A DNA stretch of 63,247 bases, the filler included, from Octopus bimaculoides (taxonomy: Eukaryota): NCBI RefSeq assembly GCF_001194135.2. It is 6 parts of 6 records of this genome, joined end to end, with 100 filler letters (N's around TTAATTAATTAA, not from the genome) between each part and the next. Parts side by side here need not be neighbours in the genome. Positions count along the whole stretch, not along the records: positions 1 to 27,542 come from NC_068981.1; 5 more parts are not named here. One strand, written 5' to 3'. This document shows, piece after piece, positions 14,049 to 24,892 of the stretch (the stretch's first letter is position 1; every line of letters begins with the position of its first letter). Both the position numbers and the translations under genes were made by a program. Under the pieces are notes generated by a model. That model had not been told where the DNA came from, ran no database searches, and worked only from the letters and a program-made list of their open reading frames with translations.

Positions 14049-14143
14049 TCCCCACCACTTGACAACAGGTGTTGATTTGTTTACGTTCCCATAACTCAGC
14101 TCCAGCATGACCACAATTCAATGACTGAAACAAATAAAAGATA
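13392..14143. mobile_element. Nested CORE-type SINEs: a minus copy (13628-13963) inside a plus copy (head 13392-13550, tail 14043-14143)
   Basis: Head and tail segments match the 21280 element in the stated orientations. Confidence 0.8.
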
Positions 14144-14567
14144 ATACTTTTTGTTGGGTGGAAAATAACAAGTCTGCATGATTTTTGATGTTTAAATGTC
14201 TACATAACTTTTTAAGGCAATTTTTTACGCTGATTTCAGATCTGTTATTAGTTTTTCTCCATCACGTCTAGTTTTTCTGTAATAAAGCAATATCTTTTTT
14301 CTGTATTAATGTATCAGAGAATCAGATGATAGTGATTATCTGATTTATTTTGATCAACAAAATAGATTGTTATAAACCAATGCTGACCTAATATTAGTAA
14401 AAGTAAAATAGCAGCCAATGTAAAGTTTATTAAACAGTTGTTGGCAACTGTGACAGACGACGCGACCTTGAAAAGCTGTGTACAGAATTGCTAACTGATG
14501 CTTTAGTGTTGTTTTAGTAGTTTAGAGGCCAGTCGTTGATGATATTTACTTATAAACTCCCTTTAAA

Positions 14568-14990
14568 ATGAATCATATAGACGTAAGTGCGTGAACAATC
14601 CAGACATATTCGGCTACATTTGTGGCAGATGTTGTCATTAAGCAGAGATAAAATATAATTGATCTTGTAAAAAATTTATACTTCGCTTATTTTGGTGTTA
14701 AACTTAGTGATGAAGACAAACCTTGGGCTCCACACAAAGTATGTCACACTTGTGTGGAAGGGTTAAGATTCTGGGAAGACAAAAGGAATGCCCTTTGGAA
14801 TACCAATGGTGTGGCGACAGCCAAGTAACCACGCTGACGATTATTTCCGCATTACTAAAGTTGATGGGTACTGTGCAAAAATAAGCATAAGATAGTGTAT
14901 CATAGTATTCCCCCTGTTATACGGGCTATTGCACATGGAGTTGACATTCCAGTTTCTGTCTCCCACACTTGCTTTGAAGAATGTTACATC
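14568..14990 (+). pseudogene. Chapaev transposase N-terminus (Chapa zinc finger), frameshifted
   Basis: CVNNPDIFGYICG...YFAYFGVKLSDEDKPWAPHKVCHTCVEGLRFW...MPFGIPMVWRQPSNHADD across frames. Confidence 0.9.
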
Positions 14991-15571
14991 TGTAGTGGTT
15001 AAAGGTGTGTATCAGAATGTAGTGAGGTAAACAGATGCGATAGACATGAGGATGCCTTCGAAGTAAATAATGGAATGACATCGATTTATAGTTTAAATAA
15101 TTTATTTACGGGATTTGCATTTGCTGGTGGTATACACAAGTTTTTCGCTACATTAATTCGTTGCCAACTGCTTCGAGCGGGCTAAAAATTCAACAGGATG
15201 CATCTGTGAATATGCTAGGGTAAAACTGAATATATTTTGTGCCTGTGTGTGCGTCGTTCATCTTAGAAAATACTGGTCGGCTGTCTCGTGCGCTCTATCT
15301 GCGTCTAGATACTTTCTGTTTTGTCCCTTTACTGACTACGGTATTTATAACCCGTCGTGGCAGCTAGAAGGATAGACATACTGCAGGAGAGACTGTGTCT
15401 AAATAGGTCAGCTCCTGTCCATTTGAACTTCGCCTGACATGGCTGAGGTCGTAGGTCAAAGGGAGACGATTTATCATTTTTTTGATAGGGCAGAGAAAAT
15501 TCTTTCGCGCCTGTTGGTCAGTGGTGGCTCAGACGAGCGAGAATCCTAAGATTCGGTTTCGAATCTAAGCT
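14991..15571 (-). repeat. 3' LTR, missing its first ~27 bp and the PPT
   Basis: Colinear with 17082-17653 up to TCTAAGCT, where it abuts the integrase directly. About 10-15% divergence from the 5' LTR by eye. Confidence 0.92.
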
Positions 15572-16233
15572 GCTTTGAGTTGGCGGGGAAAGCGTTCGAC
15601 GATGCCACTTGCTGCGGGCTGGTAAGCTGTAGTGCGGGTGTGCTTACACCCGAGGAGACGAGTTAGCTCGGTGAAGAGGTGGGAATCGAACTGACTTCCT
15701 CTGTCGGTGGTGATAGTTGCGGGTGTGCCAAAACGCGAAACCCAGTGGGATATCAGCATTTTGGCGATCGTTTCCGTTGAAGTATCTGATAAAGGTCAAG
15801 CTTCGGGCTACCGCGAAAAACGATCGACACAGGTGAGCAGGTGTGTACAGTTCTGTGAAGGTGGCAGAAGTCCCACGATATCGATGTGTACATGATGTAA
15901 TCGTGCGTCGGGTTGTGAAAAGGAGCCGATCGGTGATTTCATGTGTCGGTAGATTTTCGATTTTTGGCACGGGACATAGCACTTGGTCCATTCTTTGATA
16001 TCCTTGTTGATACTGGTTCACACAAAACGAGTCGATATCAGCTTCTGAGTGGAACAAATATCAGGATGTGACAGAGAATGCAGGGCAGAAAAAAGTTCAC
16101 GACGATGTTTCTGCAGTACATAAGGGCGTTAGTGACCGGTTGAGATATCACACCAAATATGGGCCGTGGATGATTGTACTGGAACTTGCTGGAATTTGAG
16201 AGACGACGAATTTCGGAGCTTTCGAAGTTCTTT
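15565..16233 (-). pseudogene. pol: pol integrase remnant (zinc-binding region plus D,D35E core)
   Basis: LHSLSHP...PCQKSK, HVHIDIVG, TTDRGSQF, GIVERF...QLKAA*. Four in-frame stops upstream; C-terminus deleted. Confidence 0.93.
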
Positions 16234-16530
16234 GGGGTTGGCAGTTTAGCTATGATAAATACCCACTGGAAGGTGCGGTGTAGTCCTAAGTTCAGCGTTA
16301 GAGACTGTTCACCGGAGGTTGGAATCGGTGAATGGTTCACTGCCTGAAGGCAGACTGGTGTCTCTTTTGTTTTGCCTGAAGTGCTGGAAACAGGGATTAT
16401 GCTGACTTCCTAGCTGGTGTCAACAAGGAAACGCGTGCCTGTTACACGATTGCAAACGAAAAAGCAGGCGACTTTGTGGGCGAGAGCCAGAAACTTCAGT
16501 CGCGTTCAATTCCTGGCTGTGTCGTTTCCC
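16234..16530 (-). pseudogene. pol: pol aspartic protease remnant
   Basis: GKRHSQELNATEVSGSRPQSRLLF / VCNRVTGTRFLVDTS*EVSIIP...LQAVNHSPIPTSGEQSLTLNLGLHRTFQWVFIIA. Truncated before the usual ILGADFL motif. Confidence 0.88.
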
Positions 16531-16874
16531 GAACTGGATGCTGAAAATGAGTATGGGATCATGCATTTCTGCGCCCGTGTTCCGAACTTTCGGTGGTACC
16601 AACACGTTTCATGCGAGTTGCGGGTGACACTCGGGCTTCAGGACCGTCTGCCAAATCGACGCGATCGGCTATTATTTCGACGCGGTGTATCAAGCGATAG
16701 GGCCTGTATCTGCTCTGTCAGGGCCTGTATCTGTAATGCCCGCTGAGTCACCAATGCACACAAGTCGGAAAGTTCCGAAGCACTGGACGACGAAAGGAAA
16801 GGATTGGTAGAAGGAATCGCTGCCACGTCGACCGTGGATGTGTTCGCCGCTAGGTTCTATTCTGGGAGAGACAT
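16506..16874 (-). pseudogene. gag: gag remnant (capsid region deleted)
   Basis: In-frame ATG to TGA with two internal stops. Coiled-coil and Arg-rich segment, then CWYHRKFGTRAQKCMIPY (CX2HX9CX3C with last C to Y). Ends SGNDTARN*. Confidence 0.85.
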
Positions 16875-17066
16875 TATGTGCCGATTAGTCGCAGGAATTT
16901 CATAGTTCTAATTCATTGCCGAGTGATGTGAAAGCTGTGATTCTTTGACGGGATCACCAAATGTAGTACCGAAATGGAAAATTTAACTGCAGTACAAAAA
17001 AATGTCTTCATTTTCTAAATGCAATTAAGTTGGTGAAGTTGGTACAAGGGAAGGCTGCAATTCTTT

Positions 17067-17079
17067 GACGGGGTCACCA
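17067..17079 (-). promoter_or_regulatory. Primer-binding site (tRNA-Trp type)
   Basis: TGGTGACCCCG lies 2 nt after the LTR-terminal CA. It is complementary to the eukaryotic tRNA-Trp 3' end (CGGGGUCACCA), the primer typical of CsRn1-lineage elements. Confidence 0.85.
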
Positions 17080-17081
17080 AA

Positions 17082-17680
17082 TGTAGTGGTTAAAGTTGTG
17101 TATCAGAATGTGTTGAGGCAAATAGGTGCGATAGGCATGTGGATGCCTTCGAAGTAAATAACTGAATGGCATCGATTCATAGTTTAAATAATTTATTTAC
17201 GGGACTTGCATTTGCTGTTGGTATATACAATTTTTCACTACATTAATTCGTTGGCAACTGCTACGAGTTGAGAAGAATAAAAACATCTGTGATACGATGT
17301 GGCAGAACTGAATATATTTTGTGTCTGTGTGTGCGTCGTTCATCTGAGAAAATACTGGTCGGCTATCTCGTGCGCGTCGGTCTTCGTCCCAGGTTCTTTC
17401 TGCCTGTCCCTTTGTTGACCACGGTATTTATAACAGCCGTGACAGCCAGAAAGACAGACATACTGCAGGAGAGATTGTGTCTAAATTGGTCAGCTCCTGT
17501 CCATTTGAACTTCGCCTGACATGGCTGAGGTCGTAGGTCAAAGGGAGACGATTTATAATTTTTTGACAGGACCGAGAAAATTCTTTCGCGCCTGTTTGGT
17601 CAGGGGTGGCTCAGGCGAGCGAGAATCCTTAGATTTGGCTTCGGATCTAAGCTTGGAGAAAGGAAGTGTTAGTTTTTACA
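17082..17680 (-). repeat. 5' LTR (599 bp)
   Basis: Minus strand TGTAAAAAC...AACCACTACA, followed by TT and the PBS. TATAAATA at 17425-32 and AATAAA at 17192-97. Confidence 0.92.
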
Positions 17681-17684
17681 CATC

Positions 17685-18733
17685 GGATAGTGATGAAGAA
17701 GACAAATATAAAGAAGATGATGACTATACCCCTGACAAAATCGCAAGTCCGCAGTTATTCACACAGGAAGAGCTCAATGATTTGGTTAGAGATTTGAACC
17801 TACCAAAGGATGCAGAAAAACTTCTTGATTCTAGGCTAAAAATGAAAGAAGCTTTTGTTACCGCGAACCTCTTGGCATCGTCACAGGGAACACAAGTTGT
17901 TACCATTCTTTGCTGAGGTTGAATCTGGTGTTTTGCTATACTATTCCAAACCCGCTAAGCTATTTTGAGATCGAGAGCAATCCCTCAGAATGGAGGCTTT
18001 TCATTGGTTCCTCCAAAAGAAGTTTGAAGGCTGTCTTGCTACACAATGAAAATAAGTATTCATCCATTCTAGTAAAAAAATTCTGTACAACTAAAGGAAA
18101 CATGAAAATGTAAAAGAACTTTTGTTAAATATAAAGTATGCAGAATACAACTGGCAAGTGTGTGAATTTTCAAAATTATAGGTATGCTTTTAGGTCAGCA
18201 GGCAGGCTACACAAAAATGTTATGTTTCTTATGTGAACGGGACAGCAGAGCTAAAGAAAAGCACTGGATGGTTAAACACTGGCTACAAAGGAGAAGTTTG
18301 TTACCTGAATCCAAAAACATTCTGCACAAAAGTACTGCTACCACCTTTGCACATCAAACTGGATTTGATGAAACAGTTCGTTAAAGCTTTGCCTGCAGAT
18401 GGACCATATTTGCAGTATCTCTCAGAAAAGTTCCCAAATATAACCAGTGAGAAATTTAAAGCAGGAATATTTGAATGAGTTTCAAAAGCAGGCATGGTTG
18501 AGCTTCAAGTATGTTGTCGAGAACTTTTTGGGAAACAATAAGTGTTCAAATTACAAAGTCTTAGTTGATACCATGTTGCAAAACTTCAAAAAGCTTGGGT
18601 GCAACATGAATGTTAAAATGCACTTTCTTCACTCACACCTCGACTATTTTCCGGAGTACCTTGGTAATCTAAGTGAAGAGCACAGTCAGAAATTTCACCA
18701 GGACATTAAAGAAATGGAGCGGAGGTACCAGGG

Positions 18734-18796
<63 letters not shown>

Positions 18797-18891
18797 AATG
18801 TAAGCATGATGGCGGATTACTGCTGGATCCTAAAGAGAGACTGCAGGCAACTACCAAAAGCTGGAATGAAACCAAAACAAAGGAAGTTTGA
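17685..18891 (+). pseudogene. Chapaev transposase core and C-terminus, dead
   Basis: PQLFTQEELNDLVRDLNLPKD, WRLFIGSSKRSLKAVLLHN (expected catalytic D is G), PPLHIKLDLMKQFVKAL, KMHFLHSHLDYFP, SEEHSQKFHQDIKEMERRYQG, NVSMMADYCWILKR. Multiple frameshifts and stops. Confidence 0.93.
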
Positions 18892-19444
18892 AAAGGAGTA
18901 AAATTACATTAAAACCATGGTAATTGTATTAAAAATATATTTTTAGGCAATGTGTAGGTCTACATGCTATTCATATCCTTTTCATTATTGTTCTAGTCAT
19001 TTGTTCTTAATTTCATCATATTTTTTATCTAAAAGTTTGCCATAAATAGGAATGAATGACAGGAAAAATCATCTTATCTTGGCAGCCATTTGTGCAAAAT
19101 CTGTACGCGATAGGCAAAAACTAAAAACATTTGAAATCAGCATTAAAAAATAGTTCACAATCACCTATAAGTTGACAATCATCATTTACTTCATTTAAAA
19201 ATGCAGACTTGTGTAATATTTGTCAACTTATGAAACCCCGAGCTAAGCAACAATAGCACCAACATAGTCAAGACCGTATTGAAAGGAAGGCAAGAAAGCC
19301 GTTCATCTGATTTGTGAACACTCATGAACGCACGCACGCTTGCGCTGGCTCGTTCACTCACTCAATCAATCACTCACTCACTCACACAAAAAGATTCACT
19401 GAATCACCTAGCATCTCTGAAATGCCGCACTAAACGTTTTAGGT

Positions 19445-19747
19445 CAGTGTTCTCAACCTATTTTCTCCCAGGCGCTACAATAACTTTCTAGAAAAATGTA
19501 TGCTCCACTGGTAGTTGGAGAAAAAACAACTTTATTTTTGATATTTTATAATTATTTAATACAAAAGAATCTACCAGTAACTCTTTTATTAAGTACTGAG
19601 TACAGAAAAATGTACATTATTAACTAAGAAAAAGAAAGTGAATCATTTTAATGCGAACCTTGTGCCTGTCGACTACGGTACCATGTCTTATTACAATTTT
19701 CCCAGACCCCCACCGATGGAACGTATGCTCCATGTTGAGAATCATTG
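19445..19747. mobile_element. hAT-type MITE (~303 bp)
   Basis: Termini CAGTGTTCTCAAC / GTTGAGAATCATTG resemble Charlie-like TIRs. Subterminal ATGCTCC occurs twice. The 8-bp TSD matches only partly. Confidence 0.6.
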
Positions 19748-20107
19748 TTTTTAAGATAATTCTTCTCCCTAGAAATGCACCCCACTGGACTTCCCTCCCC
19801 GTTCAAGTATTTTTCTTATTGGGGAACATCGAGCTATATGGTCAAACTGAAAAATCAATCATATGAATATCGCTATTCTGGAAAGACCTACAATATCATA
19901 GCTACTGTATTTTCCTATTTTGATTTTTTTATTAACAAACAAAAAAGCAAAAAGAAAAAAAGAATGTGATTAGTTTCTATATGGTTGTTTGCTTCACAGT
20001 TAGCAAATCTAAAACTTGCTCGTCTTATCTACAGTGACTAATTACACACTGTAAGTAAAGGAAACTTGCATATCAGCATGAAATCGTCTTGCTTAACCAT
20101 TGGTGGC

Positions 20108-20176
<69 letters not shown>
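20108..20176. repeat. (ATCT)n microsatellite
   Basis: Direct reading. Confidence 0.98.
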
Positions 20177-20539
20177 CCTTGTATTTGTTTAGTATTCATA
20201 CGTCATTGAATAATAATAAACTGGCAAAATAAACTTAGCCCTGGTTTCATCACTTGTTCAGCATCGATAAAATAAGTAACAGTCGTATACTTCTCCGTTC
20301 GTTGTTATATGCAAGGAATCAATGTATTTACACGCATTTGTATGTTTATGTGTGTGCAGATATGTGCTTGTGCACGCGCGCTTTGCTGTTTATGCTTGTA
20401 TGATGTAAGGGAAAAAATATTTACTTGCAATATGTTGTAAAGACATAAAATTTGTTTTACCCATCATCATCTGTACACTTTGAAGAATTTTTAGTCGGAT
20501 GTATCGACCCTCAGTCATATTTTTAAAGCCTGGTGCGTA

Positions 20540-20715
20540 TTCTAATAGCCACCTTTGCCGAACCGTTAAGTTACGGGGGCATAAACAAACTAGCACCTGT
20601 TGTCAAGCAGTGGGGGGGGGGGCACAAAGATCCACAAGGATTTGGTCGGCCCGAAGCTGTAGCAGAAGGCACTTGTTTAAGGTACTACCAAGCAGTCGAA
20701 CTGAACCCTAAGGCA
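20540..20715 (-). mobile_element. CORE-type SINE, internally deleted
   Basis: Tail (TTTGCCGAACCGTTAAG) and head (GGTCGGCCCGAAGCTGTAG) fragments. Confidence 0.7.
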
Positions 20716-20857
20716 TGTGTCTATAAACACAGCCACGCCTGCGCCTATAAACAGCCACGAGCATATATATNNNNNNNNNNNNNNNNNNNNNNNNNNNNNN
20801 NNNNNNNNNNNNNNNNNNNCTGCAAAATGTCTTTTCTCTCTCCGATATTTTCATTCT

Positions 20858-20897
<40 letters not shown>

Positions 20898-21009
20898 TAC
20901 ATATACATACATATGCGTATATAGATACAGGATGTCACCAACACTAAACAACATGAAATACGGAAACAAATGAGTTCAATACACAAGCAACTAGAGAAAC
21001 AAATGGAAA

Positions 21010-21170
21010 ACAGGACAAGTAACACAAAGAACAACCCTTCATCATTTGTCGGCTGTTTATCTACTCCTCATTTCAAGAATTGAACGACAATATGAGACTT
21101 CGAAGACGGTTGTTTCTGTAAGTACCACAATAAAATTTGGGATTTATGGAAGATCAAAGTTGGGAGCAAA
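21010..21170 (-). repeat. Copy of the repeat family at 57420-57640 (hammerhead-derived motif)
   Basis: ACCCTTCATCATTTGTC..ATCTACTCCTCATTTCAAG..GACAATATGAGACTTC aligns with ACCCTTCGTCAGTTGTC..ATCTACTCTGCATTTCAAAG..GACAATACGCAACTTC. Confidence 0.75.
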
Positions 21171-21279
21171 AACAGGACAGTGGAGACATACAAGGAAACC
21201 GAATGGAAACAAACAAGGAGGGTCGTTAGACCAGAACGAGGGTAAAATAGTGTATGCTGGAGAAATATATATATAAATA

Positions 21280-21670
21280 GGCGTAGGAGTGGCTGTGTGG
21301 TAAGTAGCTTGCTTACCAACCACATGGTTCCGGGTTCAGTACCACTGCGTGGCACCTTGGGCAAGTGTCTTCTACTATAGCCTCGGGCCGACCAAAGCCT
21401 TGTGAGTGGATTTGGTAGACGGAAACTGAAAGAAGCCTGTCGTATATATGTATATATATGTATGTGTGTGTATATGTTTGCGTGTTTGTGTTTGTCCCCC
21501 CAGCACCGCTTGACAGCCGATGCTGGTGTGTTTACGTCCCCGTAACTTAGCGGTTCGGCAAAAGAGACCGATAGAATAAGTACTAGGGTTACAAAGATTT
21601 GCTCGACTAAAGGTGGTGCTCCAGCATGGCCACAGTCAAATGACTGAAACAAGTAAAAGAGTAAAAGAGT
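21280..21670 (+). mobile_element. tRNA-derived CORE-type SINE, near full length
   Basis: A-box TGGCTGTGTGG, B-box-like GGTTCAGTACC, core CCTTGGGCAAGTG, internal microsatellite, tail ...GACTGAAACAAGTAAAAGAGTAAAAGAG. Confidence 0.9.
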
Positions 21671-21680
21671 ATATATATAC

Positions 21681-21830
21681 GACGGGCTTCTTTCAGTTTC
21701 CATCAACCAAATCCACTCACAAGGCTTTGGTCGGCCCGAGGCTATAGTAGAAGACATTTGCCCAAGGTTCCACGCAGTGGGACTGAACTCGGAACCATGT
21801 GGTTGGGAAGCCTTCTTCTTACCATACGTA
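21681..21830 (-). mobile_element. CORE-type SINE head
   Basis: Reverse complement of the 21280 head. Confidence 0.85.
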
Positions 21831-21995
21831 TGTATGTATGTATATATGTATACCCACTTGATGCTACCACATCTCTGGACAATACAAATTTCCACAAATG
21901 TCCTTTTTTTAATCCTTGCTTCCTGGAACTGCAGTCACCTGGAATTTCTTTCTTGTTCGTTGCTTTTTTTTTCTATTTCTGTAGGAAATTGGTAG

Positions 21996-22382
21996 AACTT
22001 CAAACTGAATATCAATGGCAACAATCTTACTGACGAAGCACCTGATATCGTGGACAGTGCTCATTTACTACACCTCTATTACAACCGACCATCCCACAAT
22101 CTCGGCTACAATAATAACAGCCATAAACCACCACCACCACATCAATTACAGCCACTATCACCATGTTGCGAGAATAGTCATCGCAACAGATGTCAAAATA
22201 ACAAGTATCGTCACATCGATTACTATTTTCAGCAAATCACAGTCGTTGTCTCAACCACGGTAACAGTAACTATCAAAATCTCAACGAGGACTATAAAATC
22301 AACCACCATCACCACTAATGCCACCGCAACCCACCGCAACAACAACAACAACAACAACAACAACAGCAACAATATAGAATGA
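21996..22382 (+). other. Candidate exon / stop-free frame, unassigned
   Basis: Strong acceptor TTTTTTTTTCTATTTCTGTAG at 21984 and a second AG at 21995. Frame NFKLNINGNNLTDEAPDIVDSAHLLHLYYNRPSH... is open for 128 codons with a low-complexity tail. No family recognised. Confidence 0.2.
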
Positions 22383-24892
22383 TTGAGTGAGTACCCAATG
22401 ACAACTGGTATGATAGCGTTTATGGCAAAGTAATTAAGATTTTATCGAAGACGCTAGAAATCTCTTAACAACTCCACTGGCTAGAACAGGGTAACTGACA
22501 CAAGGGCTGTCTTGAAAGAAGCTGGAAATAGATGTTATCGTCGATACGTTATGAAAATGTCATTGTCGTTGCCGTTGCTGCTAACGTTGCAGCTGCAGTT
22601 GCTGCCGATAATGGTAACGGTACTGATGACGCGTCAGCATCGTCATTGTCGTCGTCATCGCTGTCACCGTCTCAGTGACCTCCTCCTCCTCCTCGTAATC
22701 ATCATCATCATCCTCATCATCATCATCATCCTCATCATCATCATCATCCTCATCATCATCATCATTAAAAATTTGTTTTCAGAATATTATCATTTATCCT
22801 CATCCTCTACATTAAAAAAAAAAAGAAAAGAAACAAAACCCCAAAACAAAAGGAAAGAAACAGATAAATGGAACCATATTTTAATTAATCTGTCCATCGT
22901 TGTCAGCAGCATTTCCGTTTCGAAAAAAATAAAACAGCTGATTGGTACGCCCACTGTGAGCTAATGCATTATTGCTATCCTTATTACCAGCTTCCGGCAA
23001 TGTGACACTAACATTTAAATTAAAATCGAAAAGTCAAGTAATCAGAAACAATAATGATGTCAAAGGTTGATAAATCATTGACTCTAAATCATTGAAAATA
23101 TGTGTATATGTTAGATATTCCGAAAACAGAAAATACATACAAGATGTCAGTATACGGCACTCAACATCATCGATATCCGCCATCGCGATCAAAGAGTTCC
23201 TCTTCCTCGTGTTGTTTTCCCTGTTCGTCTTCAAAAAAGACTCAGCATCACCACCTTAAATCGGCTTTCATTGACTCTCAAACAACATTAACCTCCACCG
23301 CCTACACAAATAGATTCAACAATATCAACACCTACTTCCATTAATGCCTCTATTTGCTTCAACGACAAGAAATAGAGTTAGTCAGCAACTACTTCTTCCA
23401 GTGCAGTAGTTAAAAAGAAAAAACTTTTGTTATTTTTTTTTTCAACAAGGTTAGTCTTTTCTTACTGATTTCATTTCCTTTCTGTCTGCACAAATACGCA
23501 TCTGACATGTATGTATTCACATACCGACATGTATGTATCCACACAAATTTAACATGCACACAAGCACGCACCACATGCACAGCACGAACACAGGAACTTA
23601 GAAAGCAGATTTATTGTTAGAAGTATACGTTAAATTACTATGGTTAGAAAATGCCCGCCAACCTCAACTGCTTTTGTTCCTAATCTTGCAAATAGCTGAA
23701 TTGGTTTACTATACAATATAAATTAATATAGATTACAGATTCCATATTCAAATTCATATGAATATGCTAACTAGCGACACACAGCATCGATCCACTGGTG
23801 TAAATGTATATAACTATGTACGACTCACTCACTCACTCACTCACTCACTCACTCACTCGCATGCATTCACACACGTTCACGCATTCAGACATTCACTCTC
23901 ACACACATTCACTCTCACACACATTCACTCTCACATACATTCACACATTTAGTTGTACACATCTGATTCACATACATACGAGAATTCTCAATCAAATCTT
24001 CTTTCCTACTAATTTTACAATCATAATCTGTCCTAACTTTCAACTACATTTCTGGTTCTTGCCTACTTTTCACATTCTTGACTATGCAGATTTTTTCACC
24101 TCAAACTTGGGCAGTGCTTCCCATATAAGATAACACTCCAACTGCTTTCAGTTACATCACTGGCTTCCCATTTATGTAATTTAACCAACGTTTCTGTCCT
24201 AATGCACATTCTTGTACATACTTCACATCTTCACTTCCTACACCATTCTTATTTTGTTCAATTGACTATTACCAGTTATTTCACGGGAAAATGAGTCCTC
24301 TAGCAGGAATATGTGGCAGTCCTAGATACCAAATCAATGTCTAGAAATCGATCCCAAATCAGTGCATGCGATGCAAAAACAAGTAAACAAAATGAACGAA
24401 ATTCGCTCAATTATTGATGCCGTCAGCAAGAAGTAACCACTCTCACTTCTGGTAAACAAGGATTTCCTTAACAATTCCCCTTTTTGGTGCCGTTTTCGCT
24501 TTGAAAAATCGCTATAAATAGAAGTGTCTCTGTTAGCTGCGATTAGTGACATACGCTTTAAACTGGTCATCTGCGAGCAGTGTCCGTGACAGTCAAGACA
24601 ATGGATGACGACGACATCGACGACACAGCTAAACCAGTTAGTTGCTAAAATCATACGACGTCGTCTACGATTATTTACAACCGCAACATCTCATACGAAC
24701 TTTGAACTAAGTTGGTGTAAACGTCTTTTATTGTCGTTGATATTAACGACAATACATGGTTTGTTAACAATAAAAATAAAAAAAATCTTTTTATTTGAAA
24801 ACTCAACGGAATTTCTTTTCTTTCCGTCTAAATCAACCCAAGCAATTCATTTCATTGGTCACATATGTACAGAAACATTGGTTTCAAATTTT

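Larger units (their letters stand above)
14991..17680 (-). mobile_element. Gypsy LTR retrotransposon, CsRn1 lineage, internally deleted (non-autonomous)
   Basis: Two LTRs, TG...CA termini, 4-bp TSD CATC (14987-90 and 17681-84), tRNA-Trp-type PBS, CHCC gag motif, protease and integrase remnants, no RT or RNase H. Confidence 0.95.
14167..19213 (+). mobile_element. Chapaev3-type DNA transposon, decayed, interrupted by an LTR element
   Basis: Imperfect ~130-bp TIRs: left ACAAGTCTGCAT...GCTGATTTCA..., right ...TGAAATCAGC...TGCAGACTTGTG ending in GTG at 19213. Candidate TAA target duplication if the left terminal CA was lost. Transposase remnants lie on both sides of the insertion. Confidence 0.85.

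Noticed and set aside
273-14114. Short ORFs rich in CV, HT, YI, RE and similar dipeptides
   Set aside because: They are translations of dinucleotide microsatellites.
22030-22070. CTGACGA-AGCAC...GTGCT hairpin
   Set aside because: No GAAA and no cleavage triplet.
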